A stretch of 64,000 nt of DNA from Eledone cirrhosa (lineage: Eukaryota), in contig CAXHJY010000052.1 in the NCBI GenBank assembly GCA_964016885.1, forward strand, positions 1 through 64,000. Reading direction: 5' to 3'. The translations under genes and the position numbers were made by a program. The number at the start of each line of letters is the position of its first letter. Position 1 is the stretch's first letter. Shown here piece after piece: positions 11,625 through 26,100 of the stretch. Under the pieces are notes generated by a model that searched no databases, was not told the origin of the DNA, and saw only the letters and a program-made list of their open reading frames with translations.

Positions 11625-13329
11625 AGCATAAGTACCAAACTGAAACAAATAGTTGAGCAGAGGTGGGGTAAGTTGGAGAGGAGAGGGAGGGGGTGTTCAA
11701 AATGATCGATTAAAATCCTTATAGGTGGTGCCCGAGCAATATATTAAATCTAATCTAGTCGGCCTAAAGAACAACAGTTAAAATTGAAATGCTGATATTG
11801 TAAAAGTTAAAACACAAAGGGCAGAGTCATATGATTTGAACTTGTTCAACTTAATCAATAAGTGGCTCAGATAAAATATCTAAAATTATCCTGAGAGTTG
11901 ATCACATCAATAAAATGATGATATTCTAGTTTAAAATTCAACAGAGACACTTGTGTGTTTTTCAGTTAGACGCCAAATATCTTTCCTATTAACCTGAACC
12001 TCAGAAATCAAGAACATAGATACACAGAAATACACACACACACACAGACATATATATATATATATATACATAAATATATTTATTTATATGCACGTGTATA
12101 CACACATATGTATAAATGAATATTTGTACACATACACATATAAATATATATATATATATATACACATATGTATACACACACATATATACATCATACAGAC
12201 ACACACACACATATGTATAAATGAACATTTGTACACATGCACACACATATGCATATACATATGTTTGCGTTTGCGTATATATATATATATATGTTTATAT
12301 ATATACATATGTGTGTGTGTGTGTGTGTGTGTATTGGATGCAAAATATGGTTTTTAAAAATTTCTATTTCCAGACGTTTCTCTTTGGAAAGAAAATATTC
12401 TTAACCAGATTTCTATGAAAGCAAAAAAAAAAAGCTCTTTATTTATTTTCGTCTTTTATTATGTTCTTTCTGTAATTTTATAATCATACATTACCACACA
12501 TCCTGGCAATTGTGAGATTTCCATATTTTAAGATTAGCAACGAACAAATATTACTTTTTTTTTTGCAAGGTAACAGAAAGAAAAAAAAATTAGGGGAGAA
12601 AATATAAAATTTTTTTTTAAATTAAAAAAAGATAAAAAAATACAAAATATAGAAAAAATAGGAAATATAGAAAAATAAAATAAAAAATAAAATAAAAAAT
12701 AGAAAAATAAATAAAAATATAGAGAAAATAAAAAAAATACAAAATATAGAAACATAAATAAAAAATAGAAAATACAGTAAGTAAATAAAAAATAGAAAAT
12801 ATCATCATCATAATCATCATCATCGTTTAACGTCCATCTTCTACGCTTGGATGGGTTTACAAAAGTAAATCAAATAAAATATTGAGCAGTAAATTTTTCC
12901 TTATTCTTATTAATTTGTGGTGTATTCTGGCATTTTTATTTATTCATTTTACTGGTTCCTTTGTAGATTAGTATTTAAATTTCTTTGCTGACTCAACATT
13001 TTTCATTTGATTATCTCCCTTGAATACATACAACATTACATACTTTCATTTTCCCTTTCATCCACCTGCTAATATTTTGTTCTCATTTTTGTTTATTTGT
13101 TCGTTAGTTTGTTTTGTTTTGTTTTCAGTGGGGGGGGGGGATTAATTAATATAAACAATCTTATAATGGTACCAGTAATTACTTTCACATTTGTCATTTA
13201 TTATACTAGAATAATTTAATGTTTGTAAGAATGACATTTCCACCTGGCACCAGGTGTGTGTTTATCATCATCATCATCACTGTTTAATGGCAGTAGGGGA
13301 AGATTTCCATCTTGCTCAATATGTGTGAA

Positions 13330-13568
13330 GTGGAGGCATGTGGCCTAGTGGTAAGGATGTTGGACTTACGATAATAATGTCACAAGCCCGATTCCTGGGC
13401 TGGGTTGCGTGTTGTGTTCCTAAACAAAACACTTCATTTCACATTGCTCCAGTATACTCAGCTGAAAATGAGTACCAGCAAAAGGTGGGCGTTTAACCTT
13501 GCGATGGACTGGTGTCCTGTCCAGGGGAGAGTCTTGTACTCTCAGTCACTTCAGGCCATGAAACCAGG
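13330..13568 (+). mobile_element. SINE family C
   Basis: tggcctagtggtaagg head and gcgatggactggtgtcctgtccagggg core. Confidence 0.8.
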
Positions 13569-14812
13569 AGATTCAGTGTGACACAGTATATGACAAGTCT
13601 GGGTCTTTGAATTACAGGTATATTCCATTTTATACTATTGTGTAAGTGGCTGAGCATTCTACAGATATATGTACCCTTAATGTAATTCTCAGGGAGATTC
13701 AATGTTACACAGTATATGACAAGTCTGGGTCTTTGAATTACAGGTATATTCCATTTTATACTATTGTGTAAGTGGCTGAGCATTCTACAGATATATGTAC
13801 CCTTAATGTAATTCTCAGGGAGATTCAGTGTGACACAGTATATGACAAGTCTGGGTCTTTGAATTACAGGTATATTCTATTTTATACTATTGTGTAAGTG
13901 GCTGAGCATTCTACAGGTATATTCCATTTTATACTATTGTGTAAGTGGCTGAGCATTCTACAGATATATGTACCCTTAATGTTATTCTCAGGAAGATTCA
14001 GTGTTACACAGTATATGACAAGTCTGGGTCTTTGAATTACAGGTATATTCCATTTTATACTATTGTGTAAGTGGCTGAGCATTCTACAGATATATGTACC
14101 CTTAATGTAATTCTCAGGGAGATTCAGTGTGACACAGTATATGACAAGTCTGGGTCTTTGAATTACAGGTATATTCTATTTTATACTATTGTGTAAGTGG
14201 CTGAGCATTCTACAGGTATATTCCATTTTATACTATTGTGTAAGTGGCTGAGCATTCTACAGATATATGTACCCTTAATGTAATTCTCAGGGAGATTCAG
14301 TGTTACACAGTATATGACAAGTCTGGGTCTTTGAATTACAGGTATATTCCATTTTATACTATTGTGTAAGTGGCTGAGCATTCTACAGATATATGTACCC
14401 TTAATGTCATTCTCAGGGAGATTCAGTGTTACACAGTATATGACAAGTCTGGGTCTTTGAATTACAGGTATATTCCATTTTATACTATTGTGTAAGTGGC
14501 TGAGCATTCTACAGATATATGTACCCTTAATGTTATTCTCAGGAAGATTCAGTGTTACACAGTATATGACAAGTCTGGGTCTTTGAATTACAGGTATATT
14601 CCATTTTATACTATTGTGTAAGTGGCTGAGCATTCTACAGATATATGTACCCTTAATGTTATTCTCAGGAAGATTCAGTGTTACACAGTATATGACAAGT
14701 CTGGGTCTTTGAATTACAGGTATATTCCATTTTATACTATTGTGTAAGTGGCTGAGCATTCTACAGATATATGTACCCTTAATGTTATTCTCAGGGAGAT
14801 TCGGTGTATGAC
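13567..14812. repeat. 126-bp minisatellite (~9.2 units) with a 299-bp higher-order repeat
   Basis: Unit starts 13567, 13693, 13819, 13992, 14118, 14291, 14417, 14543, 14669, 14795; two units are 173 bp because of a 47-bp internal duplication. Confidence 0.95.
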
Positions 14813-15479
14813 ATGTCATATATACAGTTTCTGTCTTTACTTTTCACTCACAAGATTTGAATCAATACCGGTCTAGGGTAAAAACCACTCTTGCTAAATA
14901 TGTCATGCAATGGGGTCGAACCCAGAAATTATATTGCAAAATAAACTTCTGTGAACTTCTGTGGACTTCTTCAGCCCCTCAGCTGTGCTCACATCTAAAT
15001 TGGTAATTACATAGTTACTATGAGTTCTTGCAGCGAAGTTAGAATTAACTTAGCAATTTCTGTTATGCAAACTGCTTGATTTACTACTAACTATATGATA
15101 TTGTGAGTATCTTGATTTAGCTGAAGAATTTGATAATATCTCATATCTCACCCTCTCCTACAGTAAAACAGAATTATATCTTTTCAGTTTTATGTGATAA
15201 TAGTTCAGATTATGAATATAGAATGCTGTGGATATTCTCTCATCTTTTGTTTTACATTTTTTTCCTTTTTGTTTTTCGTTTTTCGGCAATGAGGGAATGG
15301 CTTGAGACAAGAATCTGAAGATGTTTGAGGAATTGTCTGATATGCTGATTTGTGTGGTCAGCAATTCCAAAATATTAGTTCCAAGATTGACCTGATAAGA
15401 TATATCTCATTCCTTTCCATTCCATTCTGAAGAAGTACTTGATGCTTATAAATATCTCATACATACTACTGACATCCAC

Positions 15480-16460
15480 TGATGAATAGAAAGAATGATG
15501 GAATAGAAAGAATGATGAAATAGAAAGAATGGTGGAATAGAAAGAATGGTGGAATAGAAAGAATGGTGATACCACATATACATACACACACATAGGCTTA
15601 CACACATAAACATACATACTGATGTACACATGCACACAGACATACACATATACATACATACACACACACATGCTTACACACATAAGCATACATACTGATG
15701 TACACATGCACATAGACATACACATATACATACATACACACACACAGGCTTACACACATAAACATACATACTGATGTACACATGCAGACAGACATACATA
15801 GAGACATATACATACACACACACAGGCTTACACACATAAACATACATACTGATGTACATATATAGACAGACATATACCTACACACACACAGATACACTCA
15901 TAAACATACATACTGATGTACATATACTGACACATACACCTACATACACATATACATACACACATCATATATACACACATACATAAACACATGCAGACAT
16001 ACACATGCACACACATACAGATATACAAATAAAGACATATACATACACATAAACACACACTTACACACACACACAAACATACATCCAGACATACACACAC
16101 ATACAGGCATATACATACATCCACACATCTACATACATACACACAGATACACAAACATTCATACATACATACTCATATATACACATACACACAGGCCTAC
16201 ACATACATGCATACACACATAAACATATATCCAGACGTACATATATACATACATACAGGCATACATACATATACATACATCCACATACATACACACACAT
16301 CCACAAACATACAGACTTACACAAACACATAGATATACATCCATACATACAAACATACAGACATACACACACATAGATATACATCCATACATACAGACAT
16401 ACACATACATACACACATAGATATATATCCATATATAGACATACACATACATATACACCT
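15480..16460. repeat. 17-bp repeat (gaatagaaagaatggtg) followed by CA-rich ~80-bp and degenerate repeats
   Basis: Direct inspection. Confidence 0.85.
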
Positions 16461-16470
16461 ACCAATTCTT

Positions 16471-17025
16471 AATGGTGGTAGTAGTGGTGGTGGTGGTGTC
16501 GGTGATAGTGGTAGTAGTGGTGCTGGCGGTAGTTGTTGTAGTGGTGGTAGTGGTGGCGGTGGTAGTAGTGGTGGTGGTGTTGGTGATAGTAGTAGTAGTG
16601 ATGCTGGTGGTAGTAGTGGTGGTGGTGTTGGTGATAGTGGTAGTAGTGATGCTGGCAGTAGTTGTGGTGGTGGTGGTGGTAGTAGTGGTGGTGGTGTTGG
16701 TGATAGTGGTAGTAGTGATGCTGGCGGTAGTTGTGGTAGTGGTGGTAGTAGTGGTGGTGGTGTTGGTGACAGTGGTAGTAGTGATGCTGGCAGTAGTTGT
16801 GGTGGTGGTGGTGGTAGTAGAGGTGGAGGTGGTGGTGGTGGTGGTAGTGGTGGTGGTGGTGTTGGTGATAGTGGTAGTAGTGATGCTGGTGGTAGTTGTG
16901 GTAGTGGTGGTAGTAGTGGTGGTGGTGTTGGTGACAGTGGTAGTAGTGATGCTGGCAGTAGTTGTGGTGGTGGTGGTGGTGGTAGTAGAGGTGGTAGTAG
17001 AGGTGGTAGTGGTGGTGGTAGTAGT
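16471..17025. repeat. (GGT/AGT)n compound trinucleotide repeat
   Basis: The poly-V and poly-T ORFs are its translation. Confidence 0.9.
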
Positions 17026-17112
17026 CAATAAAACCAAAGTTATCTTTAAAGAAAAATCATCTTAGATATAAATACTAAAATAAAATATAAAAAAATAATA
17101 TTCAAAATAGAA

Positions 17113-17180
17113 CCATAGCTCTGCAATGCATGGCGTCCAACCCTCTACCTCTACTGCCAACCCACCACCCTAATAATACT
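17113..17180 (-). mobile_element. SINE family A head that runs into the 37-bp satellite
   Basis: gcaatgcatggcgtccaaccctctacc.ctactgccaacccacc matches the family A head at 1610-1650. Confidence 0.75.
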
Positions 17181-20100
17181 CCTACCTCTACTGCCAATCC
17201 ACCACCCTAATAATACTCCTACCTCTACTGCCAACCCACCACCCTAATAATACTCCTACCTCTACTGCCAACCCACCACCCTAATAATACTCCTACCTCT
17301 ACTGCCAACCCACCACCCTAATAATACCCCTACCTATACTGCCAACCCACCACCCTAATAATACCCCTACCTATACTGCCAACCCACCACCCTAATAATA
17401 CCTCTACCTATACTGCCAACCCACCACCCTAATAATACCCCTACCTATACTGCCAATCCACCACCCTAATAATACCTCTACCTATACTGCCAACCCCCCA
17501 CCCTAATAATACTCCTACCTATACTGCCAACCCACCACCCTAATAATACTCCTACCTCTACTGCCAACCCACCACCCTAATAATACCCCTACCTATACTG
17601 CCAACCCACCACCCTAATAATACCTCTACCTATACTGCCAACCCCCCACCCTAATAATACTCCTACCTATACTGCCAACCCACCACCCTAATAATACCTC
17701 TACCTATACTGCCAACCCACCACCCTAATAATACCTCTACCTATACTGCCAACCCCCCACCCTAATAATACTCCTACCTATACTGCCAACCCACCACCCT
17801 AATAATACCTCTACCTATACTGCCAACCCACCACCCTAATAATACCTCTACCTATACTGCCAACCCACCACCCTAATAATACCTCTACCTATACTGCCAA
17901 CCCCCCACCCTAATAATACTCCTACCTATACTGCCAACCCCCCACCCTAATAATACTCCTACCTATACTGCCAACCCACCACCCTAATAATACTCCTACC
18001 TATACTGCCAACCCCCCACCCTAATAATACTCCTACCTATACTGCCAACCCACCACCCTAATAATACCCCTACCTATACTGCCAACCCACCACCCTAATA
18101 ATACTCCTACCTCTACTGCCAACCCACCACCCTAATAATACCTCTACCTATACTGCCAACCCCCCACCCTAATAATACTCCTACCTATACTGCCAACCCA
18201 CCACCCTAATAATACTCCTACCTATACTGCCAATCCACCACCCTAATAATACCCCTACCTATACTACCAACCCACCACCCTAATAATACTCCTACCTATA
18301 CTGCCAACCCACCACCCTAATAATACTCCTACCTATACTGCCAACCCCCCACCCTAATAATACTCCTACCTATACTGCCAACCCACCACCCTAATAATAC
18401 CCCTACCTATACTACCAACCCACCACCCTAATAATACCCCTACCTATACTGCCAACCCACCACCCTAATAATACTCCTACCTCTACTGCCAACCCACCAC
18501 CCTAATAATACCTCTACCTATACTGCCAACCCCCCACCCTAATAATACTCCTACCTATACTGCCAACCCACCACCCTAATAATACTCCTACCTATACTGC
18601 CAACCCACCACCCTAATAATACCCCTACCTATACTGCCAACCCACCACCCTAATAATACCCCTACCTATACTACCAACCCACCACCCTAATAATACCCCT
18701 ACCTATACTGCCAACCCACCACCCTAATAATACCTCTACCTATACTGCCAACCCACCACCCTAATAATACCCCTACCTATACTGCCAACCCACCACCCTA
18801 ATAATACTCCTACCTCTACTGCCAATCCACCACCCTAATAATACTCCTACCTATACTACCAACCCACCACCCTAATAATACCCCTACCTATACTGCCAAC
18901 CCCCCACCCTAATAATACTCCTACCTATACTGCCAACCCACCACCCTAATAATACTCCTACCTCTACTGCCAACCCACCACCCTAATAATACCTCTACCT
19001 ATACTGCCAACCCACCACCCTAATAATACCCCTACCTATACTGCCAACCCACCACCCTAATAATACTCCTACCTATACTGCCAACCCCCCACCCTAATAA
19101 TACTCCTACCTATACTGCCAACCCACCACCCTAATAATACCCCTACCTATACTGCCAACCCACCACCCTAATAATACTCCTACCTCTACTGCCAACCCAC
19201 CACCCTAATAATACCTCTACCTATACTGCCAACCCCCCACCCTAATAATACTCCTACCTATACTGCCAACCCACCACCCTAATAATACTCCTACCTATAC
19301 TGCCAACCCACCACCCTAATAATACCCCTACCTATACTGCCAACCCACCACCCTAATAATACCCCTACCTATACTACCAACCCACCACCCTAATAATACC
19401 CCTACCTATACTGCCAACCCACCACCCTAATAATACCTCTACCTATACTGCCAACCCACCACCCTAATAATACCCCTACCTATACTGCCAACCCACCACC
19501 CTAATAATACTCCTACCTCTACTGCCAATCCACCACCCTAATAATACTCCTACCTATACTACCAACCCACCACCCTAATAATACCCCTACCTATACTGCC
19601 AACCCCCCACCCTAATAATACTCCTACCTATACTGCCAACCCACCACCCTAATAATACTCCTACCTCTACTGCCAACCCACCACCCTAATAATACCTCTA
19701 CCTATACTGCCAACCCACCACCCTAATAATACCCCTACCTATACTGCCAACCCACCACCCTAATAATACTCCTACCTCTACTGCCAACCCACCACCCTAA
19801 TAATACCTCTACCTATACTGCCAACCCACCACCCTAATAATACCCCTACCTATACTGCCAACCCACCACCCTAATAATACCCCTACCTATACTACCAACC
19901 CACCACCCTAATAATACCCCTACCTATACTGCCAACCCACCACCCTAATAATACCCCTACCTATACTACCAACCCACCACCCTAATAATACCCCTACCTA
20001 TACTGCCAACCCACCACCCTAATAATACCTCTACCTATACTGCCAATCCCCCACCCTAATAATACCCCTACCTATACTGCCAACCCACCACCCTAATAAT

Positions 20101-23100
20101 ACCCCTACCTATACTACCAACCCACCACCCTAATAATACCCCTACCTATACTGCCAACCCACCACCCTAATAATACCCCTACCTATACTGCCAACCCACC
20201 ACCCTAATAATACCCCTACCTATACTACCAACCCACCACCCTAATAATACCCCTACCTATACTGCCAACCCACCACCCTAATAATACTCCTACCTATACT
20301 GCCAACCCACCACCCTAATAATACTCCTACCTATACTGCCAACCCACCACCCTAATAATACTCCTACCTATACTGCCAATCCACCACCCTAATAATACCC
20401 CTACCTATACTGCCAACCCACCACCCTAATAATACCCCTACCTATACTACCAACCCACCACCCTAATAATACTCCTACCTATACTGCCAACCCACCACCC
20501 TAATAATACTCCTACCTATACTGCCAACCCACCACCCTAATAATACTCCTACCTATACTGCCAACCCACCACCCTAATAATACCCCTACCTATACTGCCA
20601 ACCCACCACCCTAATAATACTCCTACCTATACTGCCAACCCACCACCCTAATAATACCTCTACCTATACTGCCAACCCACCACCCTAATAATACTCCTAC
20701 CTATACTGCCAACCCACCACCCTAATAATACCCCTACCTATACTGCCAACCCACCACCCTAATAATACTCCTACCTATACTGCCAATCCACCACCCTAAT
20801 AATACCCCTACCTATACTGCCAACCCACCACCCTAATAATACTCCTACCTATACTGCCAATCCACCACCCTAATAATACTCCTACCTATACTGCCAACCC
20901 ACCACCCTAATAATACCTCTACCTATACTGCCAACCCACCACCCTAATAATACTCCTACCTATACTGCCAACCCACCACCCTAATAATACCTCTACCTAT
21001 ACTGCCAATCCACCACCCTAATAATACCTCTACCTATACTGCCAACCCACCACCCTAATAATACCTCTACCTATACTGCCAACCCACCACCCTAATAATA
21101 CCTCTACCTATACTGCCAACCCACCACCCTAATAATACCTCTACCTATACTGCCAATCCACCACCCTAATAATACCTCTACCTATACTGCCAACCCACCA
21201 CCCTAATAATACCTCTACCTATACTGCCAACCCACCACCCTAATAATACCTCTACCTATACTGCCAATCCACCACCCTAATAATACCTCTACCTATACTG
21301 CCAATCCACGACCCTAATAATACTCCTACCTATACTGCCAACCCACCACCCTAATAATACCTCTACCTATACTGCCAACCCACCACCCTAATAATACCTC
21401 TACCTATACTGCCAATCCACCACCCTAATAATACCCCTACCTATACTGCCAATCCCCCACCCTAATAATACCCCTACCTATACTGCCAATCCACCACCCT
21501 AATAATACCCCTACCTATACTGCCAACCCACCACCCTAATAATACTCCTACCTATACTGCCAATCCACCACCCTAATAATACCCCTACCTATACTGCCAA
21601 CCCACCACCCTAATAATACCCCTACCTATACTACCAACCCACCACCCTAATAATACCCCTACCTATACTGCCAACCCACCACCCTAATAATACTCCTACC
21701 TATACTGCCAATCCACCACCCTAATAATACCTCTACCTATACTACCAACCCACCACCCTAATAATACCCCTACCTATACTGCCAACCCACCACCCTAATA
21801 ATACTCCTACCTATACTGCCAATCCACCACCCTAATAATACCCCTACCTATACTGCCAACCCACCACCCTAATAATACTCCTACCTATACTGCCAATCCA
21901 CCACCCTAATAATACCCCTACCTATACTGCCAACCCACCACCCTAATAATACTCCTACCTATACTGCCAATCCACCACCCTAATAATACCTCTACCTATA
22001 CTGCCAACCCACCACCCTAATAATACTCCTACCTATACTGCCAATCCACCACCCTAATAATACCTCTACCTATACTACCAACCCACCACCCTAATAATAC
22101 CCCTACCTATACTGCCAACCCACCACCCTAATAATACTCCTACCTATACTGCCAATCCACCACCCTAATAATACCTCTACCTATACTGCCAACCCACCAC
22201 CCTAATAATACTCCTACCTATACTGCCAACCCACCACCCTAATAATACCCCTACCTATACTACCAACCCACCACCCTAATAATACCCCTACCTATACTGC
22301 CAACCCACCACCCTAATAATACTCCTACCTATACTGCCAATCCACCACCCTAATAATACCTCTACCTATACTGCCAACCCACCACCCTAATAATACTCCT
22401 ACCTATACTGCCAATCCACCACCCTAATAATACCCCTACCTATACTGCCAACCCACCACCCTAATAATACTCCTACCTATACTGCCAATCCACCACCCTA
22501 ATAATACCTCTACCTATACTGCCAATCCACCACCCTAATAATACCTCTACCTATACTGCCAATCCACCACCCTAATAATACCTCTACCTATACTGCCAAC
22601 CCACCACTCTAATAATACCTCTACCTATACTGCCAATCCACCACCCTAATAATACTCCTACCTATACTGCCAATCCACCACCCTAATAATACCTCTACCT
22701 ATACTGCCAACCCACCACTCTAATAATACCTCTACCTATACTGCCAACCCACCACCCTAATAATACCTCTACCTATACTGCCAACCCACCACCCTAATAA
22801 TACCTCTACCTATACTGCCAACCCACCACCCTAATAATACCCCTACCTATACTGCCAACCCACCACCCTAATAATACTCCTACCTATACTACCAACCCAC
22901 CACCCTAATAATACCTCTACCTCTACTGCCAACCCACCACCCTAATAATACTCCTACCTATACTGCCAACCCACCACCCTAATAATACTCCTACCTATAC
23001 TGCCAACCCACCACCCTAATAATACCTCTACCTATACTGCCAATCCACCACCCTAATAATACCTCTACCTATACTACCAACCCACCACCCTAATAATACC

Positions 23101-26100
23101 TCTACCTATACTACCAACCCACCACCCTAATAATACCTCTACCTATACTGCCAATCCACCACCCTAATAATACCTCTACCTATACTACCAACCCACCACC
23201 CTAATAATACCTCTACCTATACTACCAATCCACCACCCTAATAATACCTCTACCTATACTACCAACCCACCACCCTAATAATACCTCTACCTATACTACC
23301 AACCCACCACCCTAATAATACCTCTACCTATACTACCAACCCACCACCCTAATAATACCTCTACCTATACTACCAACCCACCACCCTAATAATACCTCTA
23401 CCTATACTGCCAACCCACCACCCTAATAATACCTCTACCTATACTGCCAACCCACCACCCTAATAATACCTCTACCTATACTGCCAACCCACCACCCTAA
23501 TAATACTCCTACCTATACTGCCAACCCACCACCCTAATAATACCTCTACCTATACTGCCAATCCACCACCCTAATAATACCTCTACCTATACTACCAACC
23601 CACCACCCTAATAATACCTCTACCTATACTACCAACCCACCACCCTAATAATACTCCTACCTATACTGCCAACCCACCACCCTAATAATACCTCTACCTA
23701 TACTGCCAACCCACCACTCTAATAATACCTCTACCTATACTGCCAACCCACCACCCTAATAATACTCCTACCTATACTGCCAACCCACCACCCTAATAAT
23801 ACTCCTACCTATACTGCCAATCCACCACCCTAATAATACCCCTACCTATACTGCCAACCCACCACCCTAATAATACCCCTACCTATACTACCAACCCACC
23901 ACCCTAATAATACCCCTACCTATACTACCAACCCACCACCCTAATAATACCTCTACCTATACTGCCAACCCACCACCCTAATAATACTCCTACCTATACT
24001 GCCAACCCACCACCCTAATAATACCCCTACCTATACTGCCAACCCACCACCCTAATAATACTCCTACCTATACTGCCAACCCACCACCCTAATAATACTC
24101 CTACCTATACTGCCAACCCACCACCCTAATAATACCCCTACCTATACTGCCAACCCACCACCCTAATAATACCCCTACCTATACTGCCAACCCACCACCC
24201 TAATAATACTCCTACCTATACTGCCAACCCACCACCCTAATAATACCTCTACCTATACTGCCAACCCACCACCCTAATAATACTCCTACCTATACTGCCA
24301 ACCCACCACCCTAATAATACCTCTACCTATACTGCCAATCCACCACCCTAATAATACTCCTACCTATACTGCCAACCCACCACCCTAATAATACCCCTAC
24401 CTATACTGCCAACCCACCACCCTAATAATACTCCTACCTATACTGCCAACCCACCACCCTAATAATACTCCTACCTATACTGCCAACCCACCACCCTAAT
24501 AATACTCCTACCTATACTGCCAACCCACCACCCTAATAATACCTCTACCTATACTGCCAATCCACCACCCTAATAATACCTCTACCTATACTGCCAACCC
24601 ACCACCCTAATAATACCTCTACCTATACTGCCAATCCACCACCCTAATAATACCTCTACCTATACTGCCAACCCACCACCCTAATAATACCTCTACCTAT
24701 ACTGCCAACCCACCACCCTAATAATACCTCTACCTATACTGCCAATCCACCACCCTAATAATACCTCTACCTATACTGCCAACCCACCACCCTAATAATA
24801 CCTCTACCTATACTGCCAACCCACCACCCTAATAATACCTCTACCTATACTGCCAATCCACCACCCTAATAATACCTCTACCTATACTGCCAACCCACCA
24901 CCCTAATAATACCTCTACCTATACTGCCAACCCACCACCCTAATAATACCTCTACCTATACTGCCAATCCACCACCCTAATAATACCTCTACCTATACTG
25001 CCAATCCACGACCCTAATAATACTCCTACCTATACTGCCAACCCACCACCCTAATAATACCTCTACCTATACTGCCAATCCACCACCCTAATAATACCCC
25101 TACCTATACTGCCAATCCCCCACCCTAATAATACCCCTACCTATACTGCCAATCCACCACCCTAATAATACCCCTACCTATACTGCCAACCCACCACCCT
25201 AATAATACCTCTACCTCTACTGCCAACCCACCACCCTAATAATACCCCTACCTATACTGCCAACCCACCACCCTAATAATACCCCTACCTATACTGCCAA
25301 CCCACCACCCTAATAATACCTCTACCTCTACTGCCAATCCACCACCCTAATAATACCTCTACCTATACTGCCAACCCACCACCCTAATAATACCTCTACC
25401 TATACTGCCAACCCACCACCCTAATAATACTCCTACCTATACTGCCAATCCACCACCCTAATAATACCTCTACCTATACTGCCAACCCACCACCCTAATA
25501 ATACTCCTACCTATACTGCCAATCCACCACCCTAATAATACCCCTACCTATACTGCCAACCCACCACCCTAATAATACTCCTACCTATACTGCCAATCCA
25601 CCACCCTAATAATACCTCTACCTATACTGCCAATCCACCACCCTAATAATACCTCTACCTATACTGCCAATCCACCACCCTAATAATACCTCTACCTATA
25701 CTGCCAACCCACCACTCTAATAATACCTCTACCTATACTGCCAATCCACCACCCTAATAATACTCCTACCTATACTGCCAATCCACCACCCTAATAATAC
25801 CTCTACCTATACTGCCAACCCACCACTCTAATAATACCTCTACCTATACTGCCAACCCACCACCCTAATAATACCTCTACCTATACTGCCAACCCACCAC
25901 CCTAATAATACCTCTACCTATACTGCCAACCCACCACCCTAATAATACCCCTACCTATACTGCCAACCCACCACCCTAATAATACTCCTACCTATACTAC
26001 CAACCCACCACCCTAATAATACCTCTACCTCTACTGCCAACCCACCACCCTAATAATACTCCTACCTATACTGCCAACCCACCACCCTAATAATACTCCT

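Noticed and set aside
13493-14819. ORFs with a repeated 42-aa unit
   Set aside because: They are translations of the SINE-derived 126-bp minisatellite, and the 47-bp duplications break the frame.
15158-15480. Possible minus-strand exon(s) after a pyrimidine-rich repeat
   Set aside because: All frames hit stops without a convincing donor, and the pyrimidine tract is a 17-bp repeat.
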